A stretch of 64,000 nt of DNA from the NCBI GenBank assembly GCA_051313645.2, contig JBNRSN020000005.1, positions 82,274,001-82,338,000 of the forward strand. The letters are read 5' to 3'. This document shows, piece by piece, positions 49,869-62,041 of this stretch. Position numbers and translations under genes: made by a program. The notes below the pieces were generated by a model that was given only the letters and a program-made list of their open reading frames with translations, was not told where the DNA came from and searched no databases. Each line of letters begins with the position of its first letter. Position 1 is the first letter of the stretch. Origin of the DNA: Centroscyllium fabricii (Eukaryota).

Positions 49869-50459
49869 ATGGCTTCTGGGAAGGTATCCAACTCTATCTT
49901 CCTTTGCATCAAAAATGTGAATGTGCTTTGGGGAGAGTGGCATTCATTTTGGATCGCTGTACAACAGAATTTCGGCACAGGTTTGATGGTCCATACAGCC
50001 TCGTTCTGTACTGTAAACTTCTGTGGTTCATGTATCTCACTCAACCCAGATTATCTGGCCAGGAATGGCAACACTGGCCTTGTAAGGTAAGACCGAGTAC
50101 AGATCAGCTCCAAGTCAGTGGAAACTGAGAATCTGAACTACGATCTTGCATTTGAAATTACAACACAGTTACTTTGAGCAGGAACCCGATCTCTAGTTTG
50201 TTGGAGGAAAGACAGACAAAAGCATATATTAAAAAAAAGAATTCTGCCCCATTGTTGTATAGTGTTTGACCTATCAGCCCTTTTCAATGGGCAAATCTGA
50301 ATTCATAATCTTCTGAATTAGGAATTCTGTGCTCTATAATAGAGCTACTACCATAGGCCACCATTTGTAGGATAAATCATTCACATCTGTTTGAATTTGC
50401 TCCATCTTATTGCCAGAAAAGCAGATATATTCCACCAAATGTTCCAGCTTTGCGCTATA

Positions 50460-50655
50460 CAGGTTGAGCACCGGTAGTCCGGCACCCGATGATCCGGCAC
50501 CTTCAGTGGTCCGGCACGAATCGAAACCGGCGCTCTTCGGTTTGCGGAGCAGCCGCTCGGCGGCGCCACCATTTCCCACGAAGGGTGGCCGAGCGCCAAA
50601 GGCGTCGGGCGTTTGGGTTTCTGTTTTTTTTAAGGCTTGTAAGTGTTCTATCCCC
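50460..50655. mobile_element. Truncated copy (left half) of the Tigger-like MITE at 19422
   Basis: TA-CAGGTTGAGCACCGGTA start, collinear with 19422-19600; right TIR absent. Confidence 0.88.
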
Positions 50656-50879
50656 AGGGGGCATACATCAGATGGTAATCTAGAATTTTGAAGCTGGGGA
50701 AAGAGGGAGACATAAACTATGACAAAAACATTTTTTATAGGTGGGTGGGGGACTACTTCCCCATCTCACCAGCCCTCAGGAGGTTGTGTCTATGGTCCAG
50801 ATTGAAAGAGCTTGAGTGGAGTGTGGCCTCTGTAGCGAAATGGAGAAAAAATGATGAGAGTTCAAATAAGTCTGTGACA

Positions 50880-51834
50880 ATTAACGACTTAGATATTAAT
50901 GTAAAAGGCATGATCAGTAAGTTTGCAGATGACACAAAAGTTGGGGGGTTGGTAAATAGCGAGGAGGAAATCCGCAACATGCAGGACGACATAGATGAGT
51001 TGGTCAGATGGGCGGAACAGTGGCAAATCTAATTTAATCCTGAAAAGTGTGAGGTGATGCATTTCGGTAGGTCTAACATGGCAAGGAAATACACCATGAA
51101 TGGCAGGATGCTAGGGAACGCAGAGGATCAGAGGGACCTTGGTGTGCAGGTACATAGGTCCCTGAAGGCAGCAGGACAGGTGGATAAGGTGGTTAAAAAG
51201 GCATATGGGATACTTGCCTTCATTAGCCGAGGCATAGAATATAAGAGCAGGGAGGTTATGATGGAGCTGTACAAAACGCTGGTAAGACCACAGCTGGAGT
51301 ACTGTGTGCAGTTCTGGTCGCCACACTATAGGAGGGATGTAATAGCTTTGGAGAGGGTGCAGAGGAGATTCACCAGGATGCTGCCTGGGCTGGGGAGCCT
51401 CAGCTATGAGGAGAGACTGGAGAGGCTGGGGTTGTTTTCCTTGGAGCAGAGGAGGCTGAGGGGGGACCTGATTGAGGTATACAACATTGAGGGGAATAGA
51501 TAAGGTGGATGGAGTGGAATTTTTTCCCTTGGTTGAGGGGTCAATAACTAGGGGGCATAATTTTAGGGTAAGGGGCATGAGGTATCGTGGGGATGTGAGG
51601 AAGAACTTTCTCACCCAGAGGGTGGTTGGAGTCTGGAACTCACTGCCTGAGAGGATGGTAGAGGCGGGAACCCTCACAACATTCAAAAAGCATTTGGATG
51701 AGCACTTGAAATGCCCCAGCATACAAGGCTACGGACTAAATGCGGGAAAATGGGACTAGTATAGACTGGGATTGATGGGTGGCATGGACCCGATGGGCCG
51801 AAGGGCCTCTTTGCTGTATGACTCTATGACTCTC
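50880..51834 (+). mobile_element. 5'-truncated CR1 LINE
   Basis: INDLD...ISKFADDTKVGG, LYKTLVRPQLEYCVQFWSP, WNSLPE; one stop (51030) and one frameshift (~51485); (GACTCTAT)n tail. Confidence 0.95.
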
Positions 51835-52619
51835 TAATCAATGAAAGATAAAAACGGTATCTTAAAGTCAAGAAAAACTTCTGAGGACGCATTGCAACTT
51901 TGAATGTACTAATCACAATGCTTTTTGACTTAAATTATTTTAAACAGCAAAGCAGTAACACTGCATTTGTCCTTTCTTCACGATGGGCAACGTTAGAGCT
52001 TCTGCACCTTGAATCAGTTGCAGTATCCCTGTTCCACCATTGAGGTCAGTATTCATTGACATGGCTAAAGCTCCATCAATCCACCCTGGTTATTTTGACA
52101 GTTTGTCTTTTGTGTTGTTTCTGCTGTGCCCTGCCTACCTCCATCTTGTCAGTATGATTACATTTGGCAGATGGCACTTTCTAGGCCAATAAATTAACAT
52201 TGTGTTGAACTTTGATACAGTGTGTGATGCAGGTTATAATTTAACAGTACATGCTCAGAGGTCATTTTCAATTATGATAAGGCTGAGACTATGCTGTAGT
52301 TCCTTATTTTTGCCATAGTTTTAATTTCGTAGATGAAAAATATCTCAAGTTTAAAATCCCCATGAAAATTGTTTAAGCCAATTAAAACACAAAATGGTGA
52401 AAACAATAAAGCTGAAAAGCCAAAAGACTTCCATATATTCCATAAAAAAAGAATGCTATTTGTACTTGAACTTGTGTAAATTTAAGAGTATTCAGATTAA
52501 TGGAGATTCAGATAACCCAAAATTTGTTCTAACTCTGATTCTAAACATAAAAAATTAAATGCGTTTAAGTGTGTAGAACTGGCAAAACTTCTATGATCCC
52601 CTCAAAAGTCAATAACCTA

Positions 52620-53020
52620 TAGAACCAGAGAGGTTTACAGCACATAAGGAGCCTGTTCAGCCGGTTATGTTTGTGTTGGCTTCATCAATCCAAAACCACT
52701 CCTATTGCCCGGCTCTCTTTCCATAGACCTTTATATTCCTGTGCTTCAGATATTTATCCAATTTTTCCTTAAAAGATGCAATAGTCTGTTCAATCATTCA
52801 CTGTGACAAAGAATTACATGTTCCTACAAGTCTCTGTGTAAAGAACTTACCCCTACTCTTTTTCCTCACTCTCTTACTAGCAATTTCAAATTGTTGACCC
52901 TTCATTTCAGACTCCACAGCCTGAGGAAATGGCCTTTCCCTATTCACGCCTGTCTAAACTGTTCATAATTTAAAAAACTTCCATTAAATTTCCTCTTAAC
53001 CTTCTCTGCTTTATTGGAAA
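52620..53020 (-). mobile_element. Old CR1 3' fragment
   Basis: Degenerate reverse similarity to CR1 3' ends (GTTCATAATTT...TCCTCTTAACCTTCTCTGC; CTCTGTGTAAAGAAC). Confidence 0.55.
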
Positions 53021-54532
53021 TAGTCATATGAACATATGAAAATGATGGACATGAAAAGATCCACTGGGCCATCTAGCCTGTCCCATATAGTTGTGATGCC
53101 CCATGTATCACGATGTAGACACTCCCTACCCACCAGATCCACATAATCTCCTGGAAGAGGCTAGAAACCAGACAAAATCCCAGGCCTGTTGGGGGAAAAA
53201 ATCTGGAAAATTACTCTCTGACCCCTTTAAGCAAGCAAAACTAGTCCAGGAGATCCCATTGACCCTGAATTATATTACTGGGTACCTACCTCTTGTATGA
53301 GTTGATTGCCACCCCAGCCAGAACCAGATCCATCTCTCTATGCACTCTATGGCGTTAGTGACTTGATATACTCTGTAGGCTTCATTTTCTTTAAATAATT
53401 CACAAATACTAATTAAATCTCTGCTGCTAACACTACATGTGGAGGCGAACTGACACAAAGGGCTGAATATTCCATCAGGGCAGATTCACTGCTGGAGGAA
53501 GGTTAGGGTGAAACTTCTGCATGCCACACCAATCCCTCTGTGACCCCTGGTTCCGTGGTCAGGGGCTCATTAGTGATGCAGAGTGGATTCCTGGCCAGGT
53601 CTCTGCCACATAGAGGTAGTCTGTCACTACCCCAGGATGTACCATCACCCTTCTACTGATTGGTTGGCGATGGCAGCAGGCGTATGGAGGCAAATCAAAG
53701 TTAGTTTCTGAAATCCTGTTTCCTATCATGTGGTGGGTTAGTCAAGGGGCAGCTATCACAATTGCAGGCTATAGCAGAGGAAAATCCAACCCAGTAAACA
53801 GTAAGTAAACCTTTCATGAAGAAAAGTTCCATTTTTAGCAACATATTCTGAATCTAAATAATAGTCGATTAATTTATTAAAACTTTTGCCCTAATTCAGA
53901 TTGCTTTGGATTTGGAGCTATTTTGTTGCTCATCCCAATTGGAATTTTGTCTTTCATCTCAGAATTGTCTAAAAAAAAATGCAGTGTTTTTAAATAAGAA
54001 TGTAATTATTAATGAATTCTAAATAATCTTTACAGTCCGTGCAACAGAATGGGTAACAGTTGCAGTGTTCTGCTTAGTTATAGTTTACTGTAAGGTACTA
54101 CAGGTTAGAGCAAAGTTTACTGTTGCTCTGATTATAGGTTTTAAGATCTTTTTAACCCCATAAAGAATTTTTATTAAATCGTGGGAAAATATCTATTTTT
54201 GAGTATTAAATAACATCAGCAGAAGAAAATATAACTTAAAAGTGTTATTCCTAGACTTTGGTCTTTAAAGGATTTAAATGTTTGTGTATTTTTAGTTGAC
54301 CTCGGTCAGACATCTCAAATTAAGGCTTTCGTCATACTACAGCTACGGGTCTCAGACCAGTACCTGATAAACAACTGGCAGCCACAAATTAGACTGCTAA
54401 CTGCACCTTACACTGAACTCCGTGACAAAGGACATTTGTGTGTGCGTTCTCTACAGCAAGCCAGTTTTTCATATCAGTGGAACGCATGCAGATGTGTCTA
54501 TTTTCCCCTAATATTAAAAACAATGAAACATA

Positions 54533-55333
54533 GGGCTGGATTTTCATTGAGGAGATGGGTAGGAGTCGGGACTACAACTTTCGGGGTTGTAGTCCCGCCT
54601 CCATTGAGTTGTAGCCAACCCATGTGATTTTGACGTGATTGACCTTGTTGAGCCCACCCAGCAGGCTCAGCAGGCCAATTAAGGGCCACCCGGCAACAGG
54701 TGACGTCACAGATTGATATTTCATCTGTCAAGAGCTTTTGACAGGTGAAGTATCAGTGTTTGACAGCTCTTTGAAGCTGTCAAACACTGACAATCTGTAC
54801 TCCAGGTTAATTCCTTCCTCTCAAAATGTTTTCGAGATCTCCCCGGAACAGAAAGCTGAATGCTGCAACTTTTGACAGTCCGCGGCGATTCTGCTTTCTG
54901 TGCCGGTGAGATGAGGGACTTCCGAGACCTGAAGGAAGGAAAGCTGTAAAGGTACGTACATGTAAGTAATACTTCTTTAAACTCTTTACACCCATCACTC
55001 ACCTGAACACCGGACATCTCAACCCCTCCAAGCCCTTCATCCCGACGGCTCGCCTCGCTAACTTGACGTGGTTTGGAGCCGTCGGGAATCCCACATTTCA
55101 CAAATGAAAACGGGGATTAAGCTAAAAACTGCCTGTTAACAAGCAGTTAATTGGCACTAATCCCCTTCCCACCTCCGGGAGGCGGGTCCCAGTGCGGGTC
55201 GGGTACCCGCCTCCTTTGAAACTGGCAGGGAGGCGGGTTGGGGGCGGGATGAGTTCGTGCCTCCCTGATTTTGGGATTTTAACCCCCTACACGTCTCCAG
55301 TCCCGCCTTCATGGCCTAATGAAAATCCTGCCC
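54533..55333. mobile_element. Harbinger-type MITE family B
   Basis: TIRs GGGCTGGATTTTCATT / AATGAAAATCCTGCCC, TSD ATA; reverse-homologous to 62042-63349. Confidence 0.87.
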
Positions 55334-55338
55334 ATAAT

Positions 55339-56148
55339 GGGGGGGATTTTGCTGGAAGGGCGGGAACCTGGCGGGGATTGGTCTGGGCGGCTTCCGGTCC
55401 CGCCTGCCCAAACAGCTGGGAAGGCCACGCAATTTTAATTTAATTAGGTTGTTCAATCCCCGTCAGCAGCAGCGGGAGGTAATTAGGTCAATCGAGTTGG
55501 CTGCAGTGGGGCTGCGGGCACTTTGATTGACAGTTCCAGCACTGGCTGTTGTCAGTTCCCATGGAAACACTCCACTGTGACATCACAGTGGAGTGGAGCC
55601 AATGGGAAAGGTCAAATGCTGGTGACTGACAGGTGGGCAGGCGGGCTCAGAATCCCTCACAGCTCACAGTGGCTGTCAGGCACTGTTCAGAGCTGAGCGT
55701 GCTCAGTTTCTGCTAACAGCTGCTGCTGAAGCCAGAACAGAGTTACTTACTCCTCTAAGGTGATGGAGGCATGCCAAGCATTTGGCAGCATGTCCTTCAC
55801 ACCTTAAAGGAGAAAGTAATACATTCAAGAAGTCACACAACACCAGGTTATAGTCCAAAAGTAATAACCAGCGCTGTGCTCCCGCTGGGGTTTAAGGTGG
55901 CGGGGTTAGGGCGGAAAACAGGGCAAAATGGCTGAGGGCCCTTAAAATGGCATTAAAGATGCCAATTAAGGGCCCTTAACGAGGTGGCAACCCATCCCCG
56001 CCGGCCGGCGGCGGGAAGGTTTTGGGGCGGGGAATCTGGGCGGGGGAAAATGAGAAAGCGGCGGGGAGGGGCGGGACCTGCCAGTTCCGCTATTTTGCCG
56101 GCCGGGCCACTGAAAACCCCGCCTCACAGGGACATGAAAATCCCCCCC
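55339..56148. mobile_element. Harbinger-type MITE family C (opposite orientation to 42777)
   Basis: TIRs GGGGGGGATTTT / AAAATCCCCCCC, TSD AAT (55336-55338, 56149-56151). Confidence 0.87.
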
Positions 56149-56585
56149 AATGTCTGTAAGGTTGCTGAGAGGTCCAGTGGATGACCTGGATATATTCAAA
56201 TTCTGGCTTTGCTAGTAGCTGGAGCTATACTTCACCTGGTATGAAATTAAAATACAGAAATGTGTGGTTACCTATTGGGCTTGGTTTCACATCCTTTGCT
56301 TCAGTGTGCTTGAGAGTCAGGTGCTAATGTGAGTCGTGCGTTGTGTAGCCATTCTTGTGCCAGTGTGCACCCAAATCTGCTTTACATTGATGTAAAAATG
56401 GCAGTATCACTTCAGCTTTAATCTTTGAAACTCTGTTAACTCTCATTAGGTTCTGACGTTAATAGTGGTTTGCTAATCATTTGAACGAAGCAGCGAGAAC
56501 TATATTGTAGAGTCTACTGAGAAGAGTAACTGGTTTATGTGTAATACAGGTATTTATGTTAAAACAAACATTTAAATATATAGGT

Positions 56586-57882
56586 ACAGCTACACAACCC
56601 CTTATCTGAACCTCGGGACCGGGCAGGTCTCGGTTTTCGGATCATTTCGGTTTTTAGAGTTGGCCCAGTGCACACGCGCAGATCATTGGATGTAATATCT
56701 CCAAATTTTCAGACGACACAAAGCTGGGTGCGAGGGTATGCTGTGAGGAGGTTGTCGAGAAACTCCAGTGCGATTTGGACAGGTTGGGGGATTGGGCAGA
56801 TACATGGCAAATGCTCCATAATGTGGATAAATGTGAGGTTATCCACTTTGGTGGGAAAAACAGGAGGGCAGATTATTATTTGAATGGCAATAGATAGGGA
56901 GATGGGGAAGTGCAAAGAGACCTGAGTGTTCTTGTGCACCAGTCACTGAAGGTAAGCATGCAGGTGCAACAGGTGGTTAAGAAGGCAAATGGTATGTTGG
57001 CCTTCATAGCAAGGGGGTTTGAATATAAGAACAAGGATGTCTTGCTGCAGCTCTACAGGACCTTGGTGAGACCACACCTCGAGTATTGTGTGCAGTTTTA
57101 GTCGCCTCATCTGAGGAAGGATGTTCTTGCCATTGAAGGAATGCAGCGAAGATTCACCAGGCTGATACCTGGGATGGCAGGAATGACGTATGAGGAGAGA
57201 TTGAGTCGATTGGGCTTATACTCACTGGAGTTCAGATGATTGAGAGGGGATCTCATCGAAACCTATAAAATTCTGTCAGGCCTGGACAGACTGGATGCAG
57301 GAATGATGTTTACGATGGTCGGGGAGTCCAGAACCAGGGGCCATAGTCTAAGGATAAGGGGAAAACCATTTAAGACTGAGATGAGGGGGAATTTCTTCAC
57401 CCAGAGAGTGGTGGACCTGCGGAATTCTCTGCCACAGAGGGTGGAGGATGCCGGTTCATTGAATATATTCAAGAAGGAGTTGGATATATTTCTTCAGGCT
57501 GAAGGGATCAAGGGATATGGGGAGAAGGCAGGGACAGGGTACTGAATCTGAAAGATCAGTCATGATCTCATTGAATGGCAGAGCAGGCGCGAAGGGCCGA
57601 ATGGCCTACTCCTGCTCCTATCTTCTATGTTTCTATCACATGCGCATCGGCATGTTTGCGGCCCAGTTCGCAGTCGGGGAACGGCATATCAGCCATTTGG
57701 AACGGCATATCGGCCGTTTATTTCCTCAGCACGGCATCAACAGCACTAAATCGAGGTAAAAATATATTTTTTCTGCTGCAGCTTCAATTTATTTAAGAAA
57801 AAAATGGTTATTTTGCCGCAACTCGGGATTTCGGTTTTTGGAGCTTTTCGGTTTTTGGAGTGGGGATAAGGGGTTGTAGACT
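56586..57882. mobile_element. Tc1/mariner-like MITE split by CR1
   Basis: TA-CAGCTACACAACCCCTTATC left end, GATAAGGGGTTGTAGACT right end; the two halves join into the reverse complement of 33735-34080. Confidence 0.8.
56686..57634 (+). mobile_element. 5'-truncated CR1 LINE
   Basis: ISKFSDDT, RDLSVLVHQSLK, LYRTLVRPHLEYCVQF, RGDLIETYK, FFTQRVV; tail GAAGGGCCGAATGGCCTACTCCTGCTCCTATCTTCTATGTTTCT. Confidence 0.95.
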
Positions 57883-59663
57883 AATAAAGGTATTTTACTT
57901 GGTTTTAATTTTGAGAGAGCTATATGCTGTAACAGAGACAATGGGCAACAAGTTAATTTGAGCCTTCGAAACAATAATTGGTTGCATGGGTATTAGCAAA
58001 AACATTTATCAACTGGCTGTCAATTTTAGCAGCTTTTGATTCTGTATAGGATAAGTAAATATAATCAAACAGTTGACTATAAATATTAAACCCTGTCGAG
58101 AAATTTAATTGACTGTTCATTTAGAAGATCCTCACTAGAGTTCCTGTAATAGGTAATCTCTTTACATCACTGGAAATAAAATTATTTACTGATTTGTTGT
58201 AAATCTAGGAATTAAAAGCGAGCAGAATTAAGCCCCCCTCCTCCCTTTCCCTGAGGTTCAGTGTAGAAATGCACCATTCAGTGTGTTTCTAAAGAGGTTT
58301 TATTTTGCGCTGGTGGTGCTTGGTTGTCTCGCACTGCTATTGCATGGCCAGTTTCAAGCCAAATGTAAAACTGTGGAACTCGTGAAAACCAGTGGCCTGG
58401 AAGACCCAGTAAAAACAGGACAATCAGTTGGAGTTCCTGTTCTTGATCTAGTGCATGGAAAGTGCACATATTTGGGTGAGGACATGACTGGACTCGGCTA
58501 TGATGCCCACCATGATAGAATGGCTTGCTGGCACTTATTGTCTAGGCTTGCATGTAAAGAAAAGGCACTCGTGTGAGGTACTGGAGTGCAGCAAGTGTCT
58601 CGGTGTGAATCAGCACCTTCAGGACAGAATGAGAAAAATGAGAAAAACACACAATTAAAAGTGCCAGTGACAAGACGAATGAATTCACATGGACAATAAT
58701 GTTCAGCACCTACACAGCCAGTGTCAACAATAACATTTCCAGTTAAGAGTCCTATTTCAGTGCTGAGATCCCAAATTTTCTAGAAAAACTTGTAATCCTT
58801 ATCCTCTTATTTTCAAGAGAGATTTCTGCTTCTGATATAAATGCAAGTTCTTTCTTTTGATGTGAGCGTTTCACAATACTGCAGTATACATAACTATAAT
58901 ACTTATTGTGATCAAAAGAAAATTAGTTAAAGCACCATAAAGGAGCCTTTGTACTAATGTTGAATTTCATGAGAAAATTCAGCATTGTTGGAATTCAGTA
59001 ATACTGTATTAGGAATATTGATTTATCCCAATATTTTAAAAATGATTATAACTTCAAAATGATCCCAATGTGCTTTAATTGGTTGCTGTGTAGGATCCCC
59101 TGCATGCATTAAATAGACCTGTATAAGAGATCTAAAGCATAAGAGGTTAGAGTTAGAACACCATGCAAGAAACTTTAATGGTATTTTCTTGTAGAACACT
59201 TATTCAGTGGGTGGGCCGTGGGTGACAGCTTGAATGCTTGGCATTGTTCTGTTGTTTGCGATGGATTGACAACCTTTCAGTGGGATTAACAGAGAAACCC
59301 TAGAATTTGAGTGTTGTTTTTCATTTAAAAAGAGTCAAATGCAATAATCTTTATTGTTGTGGGGAATTAGGGTTAATTTGGATCTGCTTGATCTTTTTGC
59401 CGAGTTCTCTCATTCTTAAAACTGCAGTGAATGTGATGCCAAAATGCTTCATTGTGTGATCTTGTACGTTGGCCCATTCAGTGCGTATTGTAATGTGATG
59501 CAATCAGGCTCTGTGGTGTACAGATAAATGCCTGTTTAATATTGCAAGCCAAGTTGCAAAAATAGACTTTGAATCAGAACTACTTGTATGACTTTTCTAA
59601 TTTGCTGCTAAACCTGTAACTTGGTTTTCAGCGCATATATAGCTTTAATTCAGGTCGATTGGA

Positions 59664-60045
59664 AAACATAGAAACTAGAAGCAGGAGTAGGCCATTCGGC
59701 CCTTCGAGCCTGCTCTGCCATTCAATGAGATCATGGCTGATCATCCAAACCCAGTACCCCGCCCCTGCCCTCTCCCCATATCCCTATCAAGCCTGCACCG
59801 ACACATATCCCCCCCTATCCCCGTAACCCCACACATTCAATCCCCCTAACACTGAGGGTCAATTTATCATGGCCAATCAACCTAACCCGCACATCTTTGG
59901 ACTGTGGGAGGAAACCGGAGCACCCGGAGGAAACCCACGGGGAGAATGTGCAAACTCCACACAGATAGTACCTGAGGCTGGATTTGAACCCGGGTCTCCA
60001 GTGCTGTGAGACAACAGTGCTAACCACTGCGCCACCATGCCGCCC
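59664..60045 (-). mobile_element. HE1-type V-SINE (alternative tail)
   Basis: Reverse complement of the head, V-domain and tail seen at 36222-36582/37374-37408. Confidence 0.92.
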
Positions 60046-62041
60046 GTATAAACTGCTTGAGCCTGTTTATACAGTAACCCTTCTATATTTACAGCAATGT
60101 ACAATAGGTGTACTCATTGAACTGGAGAAGAACTGGAGAAAAGCAACTTATGTTTGCCAAACTAAACTAATATGTTTTTAATTGCATTATTTGACATGAA
60201 AAATGGAACAAATTAGAACATTACTCATAACTCATGAAGATTTGTGTTTATTTTTTCAAAAGTTGCATTGTAGTCTATATTTTCCTTCATTAAGTTGTCA
60301 GTTGAAGGAGCTCCTACGACTATTAAAAAATAACTTGAGATGCTTAATCCTGGGAAGGGAAACAATTGGGGCTGCTCTGTTAGTTGAGGTTATCCTCTTA
60401 CGCCATCTTTATACAAATTCTACACGGGCTAAGTTCCTTTGTAATAGTTTTCTCTGGACGTGTTGATCTAGAAAAAAATGATTCATTACTGCAAATGATT
60501 AATTGTTGATCAAGTAATTCCTGCTTTGAAATAACAAATTGTTTAGAGTATTTGGGGGGAAAATTGTTTCGTGCCCCCTTTTGGCAATAACTTCGCAAGT
60601 GTCCCAAAAGAGTTAGCGCCCCTGCGTCCAAAATTCAGTGGTAAAGCCCTAAGCAAGAGGTGGGGCGCTACTTGAAGCGCTCCCTCTCCCTCTTGGGATG
60701 CTCCCACTGAATATCGTGGCATTATGTGCAGCAGCGCCATGCGCGTCGGCTCGTAGCGCCGAGGTACTGCAGGCGTTCCTCCCTTGATTAAAGGGAAGGG
60801 GCCTAGCGCAGCGCGCACCAGGGCCCTGCTGGACCACCGGGGAACTGCTGGACCACCGGGGAATGGGGTGCCGGCAAAAGAGCCTGGCACTCAAGAGGAG
60901 TGCCGGGCTGCCCAATCGCAGCTGGCACCCGCAGCAGGAGGCGAGAGGGGGCAGGTACTGGCAGGCGGCCCCCCCCCCAAAATGGCTGCCCTTTAATTAT
61001 CGCCACACTGCCGCAAAAACGCCACCCTGACCCTGTTGGACATGGCATCCGGTGGTAGGTCAGGGGGCATGAGCCAAGTTTGTGGCCGAAGCGCAAGCGG
61101 GGCACTGTGCACAGCGATGACATCATCACCGGAGGTGCAGCACCGCAAGGTGCTACTGGCCACCGCCACCACTAACATAACAACATAAGAAACAGGAACA
61201 GGATTAGGCCAATCGGCCCCTCGAGCCTGTTCCGCCATTCAATAAGATCATGGCTGATCCGATCTTGGCCTCAGCACCACTTTCCCGCTCTCTCCCCATA
61301 CCCCTTGACTCCTCTATAGTTCAAATGTCTGTCAATCTCCGCATTGAATATATTCAATGACTCCGCCTCCACAGCTCTATCTGGTAGAGAATTCCAAATA
61401 TTCACGACCCTCTGAGAGAAGAAATTCCTCATCTCCATCTTAAGTGGGCGACCCCATATTCTGAAACTACGCCCTCTAGTTCTAGATAGCCCCACTAGGG
61501 GCAACATCCTCTCGGCATCCCCCTCAAAATCTTCTAAGTTTCAATAAGATCACTTCTCATTCTTCTAAACACCAATGAATATAGGCCCAATCTGCTCAAC
61601 CTTTTGTCCTATGTCAACCCCATCATCCCAGGAATCAACCTAGTGAACCTTCTCTGCACTGCCTCCAATGTGAGTATATCCTTCCTTAAATATGGAGACC
61701 AAAACTGTACACAGTACTCCAGGTGCAGTCTCACCAGCGCCCTGTAAAGTTGCATCAAAAGTTCCCTACTTTTATACTCCATACCCCTTGCAATAAAGGC
61801 CAACATTCCATTAACCTTCCTAATTACTTGCTGTACATTCATGCTAACTTTTTGTGTTTCATGTACTAGGACCCCCAGATCCCTCTGTACCTCAGCATTT
61901 TGTACTCTCACACCATTTAAATAATAATTTGCTTTTTCATTCTTCCTTCCAAAGTAGACAATCTCACATTTTCCCACATAATACTCCATCTGCCAAATTT
62001 TTGCCCACTCACTTAACCTATATCCCTTTGCAGGCTCTTTA

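Noticed and set aside
53460-53792. Another Harbinger-like MITE (GGGCTGAATATTCC / GGAAAATCCAACCC)
   Set aside because: TIR-like ends only, with no matching TSD and no second copy to confirm.
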